64,000 nucleotides of DNA from Rhodothermales bacterium (GCA_965116435.1 OZ220686.1:2036054-2100053), one strand, 5' to 3'. Positions 49,773-60,251 are shown, counted from the first letter of the stretch. Translations and numbers: made by a program. The notes: generated from the sequence alone by a model not told the origin.

Positions 49773-51275
49773 ATGCGTCTCCCGCTCTTTTCGCGCCAGG
49801 TTGCTGCGCTGCTTGCGCCGGTCGTCCTGACCGTCCTGACCGTGTTGGTCGTCGCGACGGCGCCTGTCCCGACCGCGCAGGCGCAGGCGCAGGCGCAGGT
49901 CCCAGTCCAGGCCCCGGCCCCGGACGGCTCGCCCGCACCCCGCCGCGCTCCGAACATCGTTTTCATTCTGGCCGACGACCTTGGCTACGGAGACCTGAGC
50001 GCCTACGGACAAAAACGCTTCGCCACGCCCCGGCTGGACCGCATGGCCGAAGAAGGCGCCCTGTTCACTGCATTTTATGCAGGAAATACGGTGTGCGCCC
50101 CGTCCCGCTGGTCCCTCATGACCGGTGCGCACATGGGGCACGCCTACGTACGGGGAAATGCAGGCGCCTCGCTGCGGGACGAGGACCGGACCCTGCCCCG
50201 GGCGCTGAAACAGGCCGGGTACGCCACGGGCATGTTCGGTAAATGGGGATTGGCCGAAAACGCGGATTCCGGGCTGCCGCATCGGCAGGGGTTCGACGCC
50301 TTCCTCGGGTATGTGCGGCATGTGCACGCGCATTCGCACTATACGGACCATTTGTTCGAAATACAGGACGGACAAACGGTGCGCATCGATGTGGACACGA
50401 CCCGGTACACCCAGGATATTTTCATGGAGGAGGCGCTGGATTTCATGGAGGCGAACCGGGACCGGCCCTTCTTTTTGTACCTGCCGTTTGCCCTTGTCCA
50501 TGCGGAACTGCTCGCGCCGGAGGAGGATATCGCGCCGTTTCGGGACGAAAACGGACGAAGTCGCCTGTTGCCGGACCCGCCTTTCCCCTGTTGCGGCGTC
50601 ATCGGGACGTACCGGGGCCAGCCGACGCCGCACGCCGCGCATGCCGCCATGGTTACCCGCCTGGATCGGGACGTCGGGCGCATTCTGGACCGGATCGACG
50701 AACTGGGCCTTGGCGAGGACACCATCGTGCTATTCACCAGCGACAACGGCCCGCACGGGGAAGGCGGGGCGGACCCGGGCTATTTCGAATCCAACGGCCC
50801 GCTGCGGGGCATCAAGCGGGATTTGTACGAAGGCGGCATTCGCGTCCCGATGATCGCCTGGGGGCCGGGCTACGTGCCGTCCGGGCAGGTCAAGGACCAT
50901 CCCTGGGCCATGTGGGATATTTTTCCCACTCTCGCGGCCTTCGCCGGAGCGGATACCCCGCCCATGGACGGCCTGTCCATGCAGGGCCTGCTCACCGACG
51001 CCGGCCCTGTTCCCGCGCATCGCGCGCTCTACTGGGAGCATCGCAACAACATGGAGCCGAAATATTCCCAGGCCGTGCGGCAGGGAGACTGGAAGCTGCT
51101 GCGCGTGTGGACCCCGGAACGCCAGGTCACCGAACTGTACGACCTGCGCCGCGACATTGGGGAATACCACGATCTCTCCGAACGATATCCCGATGTGGTC
51201 GAGCGCCTGAAGGCCTTGATCGGGGAGGTGCGCGCGGAGCCGGAACTGGACGTGTTCAAGAATCCCTACGAATGA
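49773..51275 (+). CDS. Arylsulfatase-family sulfatase, secreted
   Basis: PNIVFILADDLGYGD, CAPSR, FTSDNGPH, KRDLYEGGIRVP. Confidence 0.92.
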   Translation: MRLPLFSRQVAALLAPVVLTVLTVLVVATAPVPTAQAQAQAQVPVQAPAPDGSPAPRRAPNIVFILADDLGYGDLSAYGQKRFATPRLDRMAEEGALFTAFYAGNTVCAPSRWSLMTGAHMGHAYVRGNAGASLRDEDRTLPRALKQAGYATGMFGKWGLAENADSGLPHRQGFDAFLGYVRHVHAHSHYTDHLFEIQDGQTVRIDVDTTRYTQDIFMEEALDFMEANRDRPFFLYLPFALVHAELLAPEEDIAPFRDENGRSRLLPDPPFPCCGVIGTYRGQPTPHAAHAAMVTRLDRDVGRILDRIDELGLGEDTIVLFTSDNGPHGEGGADPGYFESNGPLRGIKRDLYEGGIRVPMIAWGPGYVPSGQVKDHPWAMWDIFPTLAAFAGADTPPMDGLSMQGLLTDAGPVPAHRALYWEHRNNMEPKYSQAVRQGDWKLLRVWTPERQVTELYDLRRDIGEYHDLSERYPDVVERLKALIGEVRAEPELDVFKNPYE

Positions 51276-51435
51276 CAAACGAAGCCTTTCGCCCGGCGGG
51301 GTCGCGCGGGGCCGCCTTGCTTGCGGCAGGCCTTTCGGGCGCCGTCCAGAGCCGGCGAAAACTCGCGTGGCCCTACGGAAAAGCCCGGGCCGCATGCATT
51401 AACCGGTACAGACTATGAACCTGATCCTGAACATC

Positions 51436-52797
51436 ATGAAGCACAGCGTACGCCTGCCGCTCCTCGCGGCCATGCTCGCGGCGGCGTTTTTCCTGCCTGC
51501 GGGCGTCCTCGGACAAGCGCCGGACGCTCGTCCGAATTTTGTCGTCTTGTTTGCGGACGATCTCGGCTACGGCGATCTGGGCCGATACGGGAATCCGACC
51601 ATTCGCACGCCGCAGCTGGACCGCATGGCGGACGAAGGCGTCCGGCTGACTTCTTTTTACGTAACCGCGGCGGTCTGTACGCCGTCGCGAGCCGGCTTGC
51701 TTACGGGCCGCTATCCCATCCGCCATCTCCCGCACAATCTGGGGCCGGAGTCGCAAAACGGCCTGCCTCTGGACGAAACCCTGATCGGGGAACCGCTCCA
51801 GGAGGACGGCTACCGGACCATGATGATCGGGAAATGGCACCTCGGGCACGCCGAGGACGCGTACATGCCCGTCTCGCGGGGTTTCGACGGGTATTACGGC
51901 TTGCTCTACAGCAACGACATGATTCGCCCGTGGGTGCAGACCGACGTACCGCTGTATATGTTCAGGGACCTGGAGCCGATCCGCCAGCCGCTGAACCAGG
52001 ACACGCTGACCGTGACGTACACGAAAGAAGCCGTTCGTTTCATTGAAGAGGCGGGATCGGAGCCGTTCTTCCTGTATCTCGCGTACGGCATGCCCCATGT
52101 GCCCGTCTACCCGGCGCCGCATCGGGACGGGCGGTCCCGCAAGGGGCGGTACGGCGACGTGATCGAAACCATCGACTGGAGCGTCGGGGAGATTCTGGCT
52201 GCGCTCGAGGCTCGCGGACTGGACGAGCGGACGCTGGTGATCTTTACGAGCGACAACGGGCCGTGGCAGGCCATGCCGCCGCGCATGTTCCAGACCGACA
52301 TGCTGCCGCTGCACGAACCTGTCCAGCCGTGGCACAGCGGATCGGCGGGGCCTTTGCGCGGCTACAAGGGGACGACCTTCGAGGGCGGTTTTCGGGTGCC
52401 GTTCATTGCGCGCTGGCCGGGGCAGATTCCCGCAGGGCGCGTGTCCGCCGACATGCTGTCCTCGCTGGATGTGTTTCCGACCCTGATGGAGGCGGCGGGC
52501 GTTGCGGCGCCGGACGGCCTGGACGGAACCAGCGCGCTTTCGTTCCTGACGACGCGGGCCGTCTCGTCCCCTCGCAACGCATTCTATTATTATCTGGGGG
52601 ACCGGATCGAAGCGGTTCGGGAAGGCCCCTGGAAATTACGGATTGCGCCCGGGTCCGAGGGAGCGCAGGGAGAACCTGCCTTGTACCATCTGGACGAGGA
52701 CCCCGAGGAAAAATACGATCGGGCGGAGATGTACCCGGACCTGGCGGCGCGCTTGCAGGCGGCCATGGAGGCGTTCGATGCGGAGGCGAGGCGGTGA
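51436..52797 (+). CDS. Arylsulfatase A-like sulfatase, secreted
   Basis: PNFVVLFADDLGYGD, CTPSRAGLLTGR, GKWHLG, KGTTFEGG. Alternative start at 51415. Confidence 0.92.
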   Translation: MKHSVRLPLLAAMLAAAFFLPAGVLGQAPDARPNFVVLFADDLGYGDLGRYGNPTIRTPQLDRMADEGVRLTSFYVTAAVCTPSRAGLLTGRYPIRHLPHNLGPESQNGLPLDETLIGEPLQEDGYRTMMIGKWHLGHAEDAYMPVSRGFDGYYGLLYSNDMIRPWVQTDVPLYMFRDLEPIRQPLNQDTLTVTYTKEAVRFIEEAGSEPFFLYLAYGMPHVPVYPAPHRDGRSRKGRYGDVIETIDWSVGEILAALEARGLDERTLVIFTSDNGPWQAMPPRMFQTDMLPLHEPVQPWHSGSAGPLRGYKGTTFEGGFRVPFIARWPGQIPAGRVSADMLSSLDVFPTLMEAAGVAAPDGLDGTSALSFLTTRAVSSPRNAFYYYLGDRIEAVREGPWKLRIAPGSEGAQGEPALYHLDEDPEEKYDRAEMYPDLAARLQAAMEAFDAEARR

Positions 52798-52903
52798 GTT
52801 TGGGAAGGAAGGGGGGGGGGCTGAGTCGCTCTACGCTACTATCGTCCCCGGGGCGAGAGCAACGATAACCTGTTGCTTTGGTACTACAACACAGAATGTC
52901 CGT

Positions 52904-52941
52904 ATCAGGGTGTTGACAACCTGATGTCGCCGGTATATATT
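52904..52941 (+). promoter_or_regulatory. Sigma70-type promoter for tonB with a palindromic site over the -35
   Basis: TTGACA (52913), 17 bp, TATATT (52936). Palindrome ATCAGGGTGT-TG-ACAACCTGAT at 52904-52925. Confidence 0.65.
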
Positions 52942-53020
52942 ATCATATGAAAACCGCCGCCGGAAGGCGGCATGACCCGCCGCAAGTTTCACCTACCTGT
53001 CCAAATTCGGACCATTTCTT

Positions 53021-53683
53021 ATGGCTTTGCACAAGGAAGACCAGTTCAACCTGAAGAACAAATACACGCTTTATATGCAGGCGGGCCTGATCGTCACACT
53101 GGGCATTCTTATCGTTGCTTTCCGCGCCGACTGGTCCAACAAGAGCGATTTCGAGATCGTGCTTCCAGAACAGGAGCAGATCACCATGGAGGAAATTCAG
53201 CAAACGGAGCAAATCGAACAACCCCCGCCGCCGCCGAAGCCGCCCGTCCCCATAGAGGTGCCGAACGATGAAATCCTTGAAGACGACATCCTCGACCTGG
53301 ATGCTTCGCTTGACCTGAATGACGCGCCGGCTATTCTGCCTCCTCCTCCGCCGGTGGAAGAAAAGGAAGAAGAGCCTGAGATATTCGTAATCGTGGAACA
53401 GATGCCCGAGTTGATTGGAGGTTATGCCTCTATAATCAGCGAAGTGAAATATCCTGATATTGCCCGTAGAGCTGGCGTGGAAGGCCGCGTAACCGTGGAA
53501 TTCGTCGTCAACGAACAGGGAAACGTACAGGATGTGGCGGTAAAACCGGGTTATGGCATTGGTGCTGGCTGCGACGAGGAAGCCATCCGCGTTGTGAGCC
53601 AGGCAACGTTTACGCCCGGCAAGCAGCGGGGCAAAGCGGTCAAGGTACGTATGCGAATGCCGATCAACTTCACGTTGAGATAA
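53021..53683 (+). CDS. tonB: Energy transducer TonB
   Basis: N-terminal TM, Pro-rich linker, VEQMPELIGG, YPDIARRAGVEGRV, PGKQRGKAV. Confidence 0.94.
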   Translation: MALHKEDQFNLKNKYTLYMQAGLIVTLGILIVAFRADWSNKSDFEIVLPEQEQITMEEIQQTEQIEQPPPPPKPPVPIEVPNDEILEDDILDLDASLDLNDAPAILPPPPPVEEKEEEPEIFVIVEQMPELIGGYASIISEVKYPDIARRAGVEGRVTVEFVVNEQGNVQDVAVKPGYGIGAGCDEEAIRVVSQATFTPGKQRGKAVKVRMRMPINFTLR

Positions 53684-53853
53684 ACGGCTGAGCCTCCATG
53701 CCCATAGAAAGATTCGTACGGGTATCGTTTTTACGTGCTTGTCCAGCGTACGCACACCTTGGAGGCGTTGTGACAGGCTGGCACGCAGCAAGCGGGTGAT
53801 TTCTCCCGGGGATGGTTCCCGAGTAATGGCCTTCGCCATCCTTACCCCTCACG

Positions 53854-56277
53854 TTAATCCAACCCCACCCCAACCCCCACAACAACCCGCGAACCCGGAA
53901 TATCTTCCGAACCTCCAAGACGGCGCGCGATGTCCAGGCGGAGGGGTGTACCTGCGATCCGGGTTAAAGAAACCCCTATTTCGTGCACGGACCGATCCCC
54001 GCAATATCCTGGGGGCATGCAGAAAAATACGCCCCGGTCCGGCGCCGCAGGCTGCCCCTGGATGCGCCCGTGCGCCCCGAACAGGGCAAGGCCCATGCGT
54101 ACCCGCACCAGCGGCCATAACCGAACCCATTCGAAGGGAAGCGTCGTAAAGTCGTGCCGCCAGAACACGACGGCGTAGCGCATCCCTTGCAAGGGCCGTC
54201 CGTGCAGAGAACGAAACGCATCCTGCCGATTCACCCGAAGGCCATCGAACAATTCGAGTCCGGTATCGAGCAGCGCCGTTCGGTGCGGCGGAAGATCGCC
54301 GAAGGACGTACGCCCCTGTAAACGGATATGCAGGTTTGCGGGCGTCGGGCGATATCTATGCAGGGTGGGCTGCGCCATAGCAATATGTCCGCCCAGCAAG
54401 GTATAGGCCACCTCGCTCGCCAGCCCCCCGGAAGAACCATGCTCCATCCGAAGCGCGGCGGAGCGAATGGCCCGGCCCTCCCGGACGGGCACGGAAAGCG
54501 TGGCGTACGCGGACCGGAACGTACCGTCCCCAATCGCCGGATTGTCCCGAAAATCCTGCGAATACGGCCAGGAACGCGTCGCTTGCCGCGCCGCCGAGGT
54601 TGCTTTCTCCTGCGCAAGGCCCGCCGTGAGGCGCCATCCCCGCCATGCGGTTTCTGCGCCCAGTCCGTACCGGGTTCGGCGAAAATAATCGAAATAATCC
54701 CGCCCTCCGAGGCTGGCCTGCACCGAAACGAGCGCGTCGCCGTACCTGGATCCCACGCCCTGGGGGGCAATGCCCCGGTCGTGCGAAACCCGAAGCAGGC
54801 TGCGGGCGCCAAGCGGGATCGTTAGCGCAGCGTACCTGTGGATCTTCCGTTGCTTGCTCGCCTGGCCCAGGCGCCATGCCAGACGCATGCCGGAAAACAG
54901 GTCCAGTTCGTTGCCGACGCCGCTGAACAGGCCCTCCACCCGATTGTACCGGAACCGAAACCGGTATCCCATGACCAGGGGCCATTGCAGCCGACCGGGC
55001 ATGTCCGGGTCCAGAAATCCGACAAACGACCCCTTGCGTCGTTCGACGGGAAATGCCTCGTCCAGCGTCAACCGGGCGGCGTTCAGGTCGGCCAGCGCGT
55101 CCAGTTCGCGGGCCGTCATGGGCATCAGCACTTGTCCGTATCGAAACGCCGGATCGCGCCAGGGCACGGTTGCCGAGGCAAACTGCTCCGGGGCAACGTC
55201 CATGCGGTGCCCGACGAGCAACGTACGGCGCCGGAACGACACCGTGCGCAGCCGATGCGCATTAACGGCGGTGCGAAGCGTGCCTTCGAGATCGAGGTTG
55301 ACCGGCGCCCAGAAACCGTTGGCTACCTCCCGAAAATGCTGCACGTACCGAACGTTCCAGCCGGACGTGGGCGGGGGAAACGCCACATGCCGCGCCGGAA
55401 AAAGCCGGGCTTCCAGCAAGACGAACTCCTCGTCCAGCACGGATAGTTGCCCGATGAAAGTCGCTTCTTCCTCGCCGATGGGCGAAACGTTCAGGTCGTA
55501 GATGGCGCGCCCGTCCAGCATCCGCTCCGCAGCCACCCGAAAAACGTAGTGTTTCAAGGCGTCGGGGTGGGTCGGCCCGATCATCCGTTGCCCCTGAACG
55601 GTCACGAAATCCTCGTACAGGTTCGCTACGTCGTGCGGGGCGGGCAAGGGCAAGGCCTCGTCCCACGCCCCTGTTCGGCTTACGGCGCTTACCGCAACGC
55701 GGGCGTCGCGCGGCGCACGGGCCGTCCGTCCGGCGTCGCCATACAGCCACAACAGGTCGAACACGGTATCGCTCAAATGCACGATGCGATCTCCGCGCTC
55801 CAGCGTCATGCGGGTCTGGCCCGCCACGCCCAGCGAAGTAATGTCCGCAAACATGCGCTGCTTGCGGCGAATCACTTGCTCCATCAGGCCGGAAGCGAAC
55901 CCCTCGCCCGACACCAGCACTTCTTCCAGCGGAATCACCGTGGGCGTCAGCCGGATAACGAGCGCTTCCGACCTGTCTGCGGGCACGGGAACTGCGCGAG
56001 GAGCATATCCAAGGTGCTGCACGACAAGCGCCTCGGCGCGCACAGGCAATTCGAGTACAAACCGCCCTTCCGCGTTCGTAATGGCGCCGCGCTCCATATC
56101 TTCCGTGAAAACATGCGCTCCGGACAGCACGGCGCCGGTCTCCGCATCCTCCACCACGCCCCCGATGCGCACCTGCGCGGCGGCAGGCCCGGCAGCCAGC
56201 AAGAGCAGAAAGATACAGGATGCCCTGACCAAGTCCACTTCGATCAGCGCTTCGCGTACGCGAGTACAAACCGTCAT
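53854..56277 (-). CDS. Outer-membrane protein with CarboxypepD_reg-like domain (DUF5686-like)
   Basis: Signal peptide, GVVEDAETG...TNAEGRF...LGY, RYNRVEGLF, beta-strand-rich C-terminus. Confidence 0.78.
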   Translation of the reverse strand: MTVCTRVREALIEVDLVRASCIFLLLLAAGPAAAQVRIGGVVEDAETGAVLSGAHVFTEDMERGAITNAEGRFVLELPVRAEALVVQHLGYAPRAVPVPADRSEALVIRLTPTVIPLEEVLVSGEGFASGLMEQVIRRKQRMFADITSLGVAGQTRMTLERGDRIVHLSDTVFDLLWLYGDAGRTARAPRDARVAVSAVSRTGAWDEALPLPAPHDVANLYEDFVTVQGQRMIGPTHPDALKHYVFRVAAERMLDGRAIYDLNVSPIGEEEATFIGQLSVLDEEFVLLEARLFPARHVAFPPPTSGWNVRYVQHFREVANGFWAPVNLDLEGTLRTAVNAHRLRTVSFRRRTLLVGHRMDVAPEQFASATVPWRDPAFRYGQVLMPMTARELDALADLNAARLTLDEAFPVERRKGSFVGFLDPDMPGRLQWPLVMGYRFRFRYNRVEGLFSGVGNELDLFSGMRLAWRLGQASKQRKIHRYAALTIPLGARSLLRVSHDRGIAPQGVGSRYGDALVSVQASLGGRDYFDYFRRTRYGLGAETAWRGWRLTAGLAQEKATSAARQATRSWPYSQDFRDNPAIGDGTFRSAYATLSVPVREGRAIRSAALRMEHGSSGGLASEVAYTLLGGHIAMAQPTLHRYRPTPANLHIRLQGRTSFGDLPPHRTALLDTGLELFDGLRVNRQDAFRSLHGRPLQGMRYAVVFWRHDFTTLPFEWVRLWPLVRVRMGLALFGAHGRIQGQPAAPDRGVFFCMPPGYCGDRSVHEIGVSLTRIAGTPLRLDIARRLGGSEDIPGSRVVVGVGVGLD
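56218..56262. repeat. Partial repeat element inside the 5' end of the 53854-56277 CDS
   Basis: GGATGCCCTGACCAAGTCCACTTCGATCAGCGCTTCGCGTACGC closely matches the start of the 56292 element. Confidence 0.85.
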
Positions 56278-56291
56278 GATTCCATGGTTAA

Positions 56292-56465
56292 GGATGCACT
56301 GATCAAATCCACTTCGATCAGCGCTTCACGTACGCACATAGCGTTTGTAATGATTTCATCGTTAAAATCATCGGAAAACACGGCGTGTTGCGGCGTCGGG
56401 GTTGTGAAGCGCCCTTCGGGGGGCATTGCGAAACGCGCAAAGCCCGGAAACCGGCTGCCGCATCC
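56292..56465. mobile_element. Second, inverted copy of the MITE/REPIN-like element
   Basis: Near-identical to the reverse complement of 40801-40986 over about 135 bp. Ends GGCTGCC-GCATCC with the inner 25-nt hairpin absent. Confidence 0.85.
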
Positions 56466-56593
56466 CAAGGTAGGGTACAGGACACTCTCCTTAACGCAAG
56501 ACGGGCGGGGTTCGTATCATGGACCCAACCCTCTTCGCAAGGGCATTCCTGCTTCCCTGTGGGTATCGCCCGCCGTATTGACCGCCTGATTCG

Positions 56594-58291
56594 ATGCATC
56601 GCAGACATTTTCTGGGCAATCTGGCCGCCGTCGCCGGGCTTGGTGCGGCCGGCGCGTCCCATGCGCTACTCGCCGGCCCCCATCCCCGGGCCCGCGAACG
56701 CCGCGCCGATGTGGTCATTCTCGGCGGCGGCACGGGAGGCGTCGCCGCCGTGCTGGGCGCCTTGCGCAGCGGATACCGGGTGGTCCTGACCGAAGAAACG
56801 GACTGGATCGGCGGACAACTCACCCAGCAGGCGGTCCCTCCGGACGAACATCCCTGGATCGAACAATTCGGCGCGCCCGCCTCGTACCTCGATTTCCGGC
56901 GGCGGGTGCGCGCGTTGTACCGACGGGCCTACCCGCTCGCCGACGGCGCTTCGGACCCGCTTAATCCGGGAAATTGCGGGGTGTCGCTGCTCTGCCACGA
57001 ACCGCGCGCCGCCCTCGCCGTGCTGGAGGAAATGCTGGCTCCCTATGCAAGCAGCGGGCAGCTCGTCGTCTTGCTGGAGCATGTATGCACGGCGGCGAGC
57101 GTGACGGGAGATCGCATCGAATCCGTGCGCGTCCGAGACGAGCGGACGGGAAACGAAACCGAATTGACCGCGCCGTTCTTCATCGACGCGACGGAACTGG
57201 GGGATGTGCTTCCCCTCGCCGGGGTCGAATACGTAACCGGAGCGGAATCCATGGACGAAACCGCCGAGCCGCACGCCCCCGCCGAGCCGCAACCACACAA
57301 CATGCAGGCGGCTACCTGGTGCTTCGCCATGGAGCATGTGGACGGGGCGGACTATGTGGCGGAGCGCCCGCCGGACTACGCCTTCTGGCGCGATTACGTA
57401 CCCGACCTCGCCCCGCCCTGGCCCGGCCCGCTGCTGAGTTTTACCTATAGCCACCCGATCACGCTGGAGCCGCGCACGTTGCCGTTCGATCCGCGCACGA
57501 ACGACGGGGGATGGTGGACCTACCGGCGCCTTATTGATCCGGCCAATTTCGCGCCGGGCACGTATCCGGGCGGCGTTTCGCTGGTCAACTGGCCGCAAAA
57601 CGACTATCTTCCTGGCCATTTCGTAGATGCAGACCCCGAAGAAAACGCCCGGCATCTCGAGGGGGCGCTGCATCTGAGCCGGTCCCTCTTCTACTGGCTG
57701 CAAACGGAAGCGCCCCGGCCCGACGGGGGCGTGGGCTGGCCCGGCTTGCGGCTGCGCGGCGATCTGACCGGCACGCAGCACGGATTCGCCAAGCGGCCCT
57801 ACATTCGGGAAGCCCGCCGCATTCGGGCGGAATTCACGGTGTGCGAACAGCATGTGGGCCTGGAGGCGCGCATGGCGGAAACGGGATTGCCGGAAGGAGA
57901 AGTCACCGCCGCCGCGTTCCCGGATTCCGTGGGCATCGGCAGTTACCGCATCGACCTGCACCCGTCCACAGGCGGGGATAATTACATCGACATTGGATCC
58001 CTGCCGTTCGAAATTCCCCTCGGCGCCTTGCTGCCCGTACGTATGGAGAACCTTCTTCCCGCCGCCAAAAACATCGGTACGACGCACATCACGAACGGGT
58101 GCTACCGCTTGCACCCCGTGGAATGGAATATCGGGGAGGCGGCGGGCCAACTGGCGGCCTTTTGCCTGCACGGGAATCATGCGCCCCGGCATGTCCGGGC
58201 CAACCCGCGCGTGCTGGAAGATTTTCAGCAATCCCTGAGGCGGCAGGGAGTGGAAATCCGCTGGCCCGATCCGGCGAGGCGAGCGAGGTAA
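56594..58291 (+). CDS. Tat-exported FAD-dependent oxidoreductase
   Basis: MHRRHFL Tat motif, ILGGGTGG, FIDATELGD, PYIREARR, RLHPVEWNIGEAAG. Confidence 0.9.
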   Translation: MHRRHFLGNLAAVAGLGAAGASHALLAGPHPRARERRADVVILGGGTGGVAAVLGALRSGYRVVLTEETDWIGGQLTQQAVPPDEHPWIEQFGAPASYLDFRRRVRALYRRAYPLADGASDPLNPGNCGVSLLCHEPRAALAVLEEMLAPYASSGQLVVLLEHVCTAASVTGDRIESVRVRDERTGNETELTAPFFIDATELGDVLPLAGVEYVTGAESMDETAEPHAPAEPQPHNMQAATWCFAMEHVDGADYVAERPPDYAFWRDYVPDLAPPWPGPLLSFTYSHPITLEPRTLPFDPRTNDGGWWTYRRLIDPANFAPGTYPGGVSLVNWPQNDYLPGHFVDADPEENARHLEGALHLSRSLFYWLQTEAPRPDGGVGWPGLRLRGDLTGTQHGFAKRPYIREARRIRAEFTVCEQHVGLEARMAETGLPEGEVTAAAFPDSVGIGSYRIDLHPSTGGDNYIDIGSLPFEIPLGALLPVRMENLLPAAKNIGTTHITNGCYRLHPVEWNIGEAAGQLAAFCLHGNHAPRHVRANPRVLEDFQQSLRRQGVEIRWPDPARRAR

Positions 58292-58426
58292 GGGTGCCGG
58301 CGCGGATGCGACGCGGCAGGAGCCTCTCGAACGCGACCTCTCTTCGGCGCGGGGCTAGACCAGGCCGCCGCCGCACCCATTCAGGGAGGAATCAGACCGA
58401 TGCGCTCTCGACGCTCTCTCGATGCC

Positions 58427-58960
58427 CTATGCCTTGCGTTTATTCAGCAGGAACGCAAAAACAAACGCCAGCAGGAAGGAAATGCCTATGCCTATGAGCA
58501 GCACCGTCAGGTACATTATGGCCGTCTGGAAGACCATATTCGTCAACAAGGGATTCTGTAGTATCGTGGTTTCGTAGACCTGAAACTCTTCCGCCGGCAT
58601 GGCCGCCCGCGCCTCATTCAACTGATGCTCCATATACGTCTGCGTGAAATCGGGGTCGATGACGTTCACGTAGAGGAGATTGTACGCCGCAAAAGCCACC
58701 GCCGGGAGTTCGGTCACGACCACGCCGACCAGCCAGGCTTTCCCGAAGGAGATGGCGCCTTCGGACATCTTGTCCCGATATTCTCTCATCCCGAGCCAGA
58801 TGGGCACGGTGAGCGCAACCACGATCGCCGAATAGCCTATGATTTCGCTCACCTTGAAATCCTCCGGGCCCGGAATGCCCATGACGAGCAGCACGAGGAG
58901 GTTCACGGCAAACAGAATGGCGGCGCCCATTCCGCCATAGTAGAGGAGCATGCGCGTCAT
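58427..58960 (-). CDS. DUF4199-like membrane protein
   Basis: Four TM helices, YRDK..GAISFGKA..G, Y..VIDPDF. Confidence 0.75.
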   Translation of the reverse strand: MTRMLLYYGGMGAAILFAVNLLVLLVMGIPGPEDFKVSEIIGYSAIVVALTVPIWLGMREYRDKMSEGAISFGKAWLVGVVVTELPAVAFAAYNLLYVNVIDPDFTQTYMEHQLNEARAAMPAEEFQVYETTILQNPLLTNMVFQTAIMYLTVLLIGIGISFLLAFVFAFLLNKRKA

Positions 58961-59092
58961 GATTCCCTGCGGGTTTTACGAGAAAATGTTGCGAGGAAGA
59001 AGTGCTGAAAGGTACGGCGAATCGCTCCCGGAATGTACGGGAATTTCTGGATCGAATAGCCGAAAAACGAGTCCGGTGGCTTCGAAAGCGCC

Positions 59093-60241
59093 TCAGATAT
59101 CCTGCAAGAGCCGGGAAGCGGCCACGGCATGAATGCGTTTCGCAAGGGGAAAGCTCTGCGCGCCGGCATGAATCACATCGATCCGCTTCAGATTCAGATC
59201 GTCCAGCGCCGACCGCATAGAGAGCGTCACAGAAGGAGCCGTCGTGCGTTTAATCTCGAAACCGCGCAACCCGGATCCATCCTGCACCACGAGGTCTATC
59301 TCTGCGCCGGCATGCGTTCCCCAGAAATAACATTGTCGATCATCGACCGCAAGGATGCGAATCAGGTTTTCGAGCATGAATCCCTCCCACGATGCGCCGA
59401 CCTTGGGATGCCGCTCCAGTTCCAGATGCGTGGTTACGTGGAGAAAAGAATGCAGAAGTCCAGAATCGCGCAGATAAATTTTCGGCGATTTGACTTGTCG
59501 TTTCCCCAGATTGGCGCTCCAGGGCTTCAAGCTGCGCACCATGAAGGTGGCCTCAAGAATATCCAGATACCGTCGTACGGCGTGATGCGACACCCCGAAA
59601 GCGCGCCCCAACTCCGACCCGTTCCATATCTGGGCGTGATAATGGGCAAGCATAGACCAAAATCGGTCCAGAAGCGCGCTGGAGACTGCAACGCCGAATT
59701 GTGGAATGTCCCGCCCCAGAAAAGTTTGCAAAAAGTCCTTGCGCCAGCGGGCGCTTTCTGTATCGCTTTCCGCCGTGAAAGAACGAGGGAATCCACCCCG
59801 AAGCCAGAGAAGATCGGCCTCGTTTCCAGCGATTTCGGATAGGGAAAACCCGGGAAGTTCATAATAGGCGATGCGGCCGGCAAGGCTTTCGGAACTTTGA
59901 CGAAGCAAATTTGGAGATGCGCTGCCCAGTACCAGAAAACGAGCTGGATTGGGCGAGCGATCGGATAACACCCGAATCGTCGGAAAAATTTCGGGCCGAT
60001 GCTGAATTTCGTCCAGGACCACCAATCCGCGCAAGGGCGAAAGAGCAAGCAAAGGATCGGCGAGGCGGGCTACGTCCGCAGTGGATTCGAGATCGAAGAG
60101 ATGCACAGGTCCGGTTTGCAGGCGGGCAAGTTCCCGGGCCAGGGTTGTCTTGCCTATCTGCCGCGCCCCAAGCAAGGCCACCACCGGATTCCTGGAAATG
60201 AGATGCTTCAGGGCTTTTATATGTGCATCGCGCTGGATCAT
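59093..60241 (-). CDS. AAA_14 ATPase with DUF4143 C-terminal domain
   Basis: GARQIGKTT, LDEIQ, VLGSAS, LRGGFP, KSPKIYLRDSG, EIDL...FEIK. Confidence 0.9.
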   Translation of the reverse strand: MIQRDAHIKALKHLISRNPVVALLGARQIGKTTLARELARLQTGPVHLFDLESTADVARLADPLLALSPLRGLVVLDEIQHRPEIFPTIRVLSDRSPNPARFLVLGSASPNLLRQSSESLAGRIAYYELPGFSLSEIAGNEADLLWLRGGFPRSFTAESDTESARWRKDFLQTFLGRDIPQFGVAVSSALLDRFWSMLAHYHAQIWNGSELGRAFGVSHHAVRRYLDILEATFMVRSLKPWSANLGKRQVKSPKIYLRDSGLLHSFLHVTTHLELERHPKVGASWEGFMLENLIRILAVDDRQCYFWGTHAGAEIDLVVQDGSGLRGFEIKRTTAPSVTLSMRSALDDLNLKRIDVIHAGAQSFPLAKRIHAVAASRLLQDI

Positions 60242-60251
60242 GCATGCAAAA

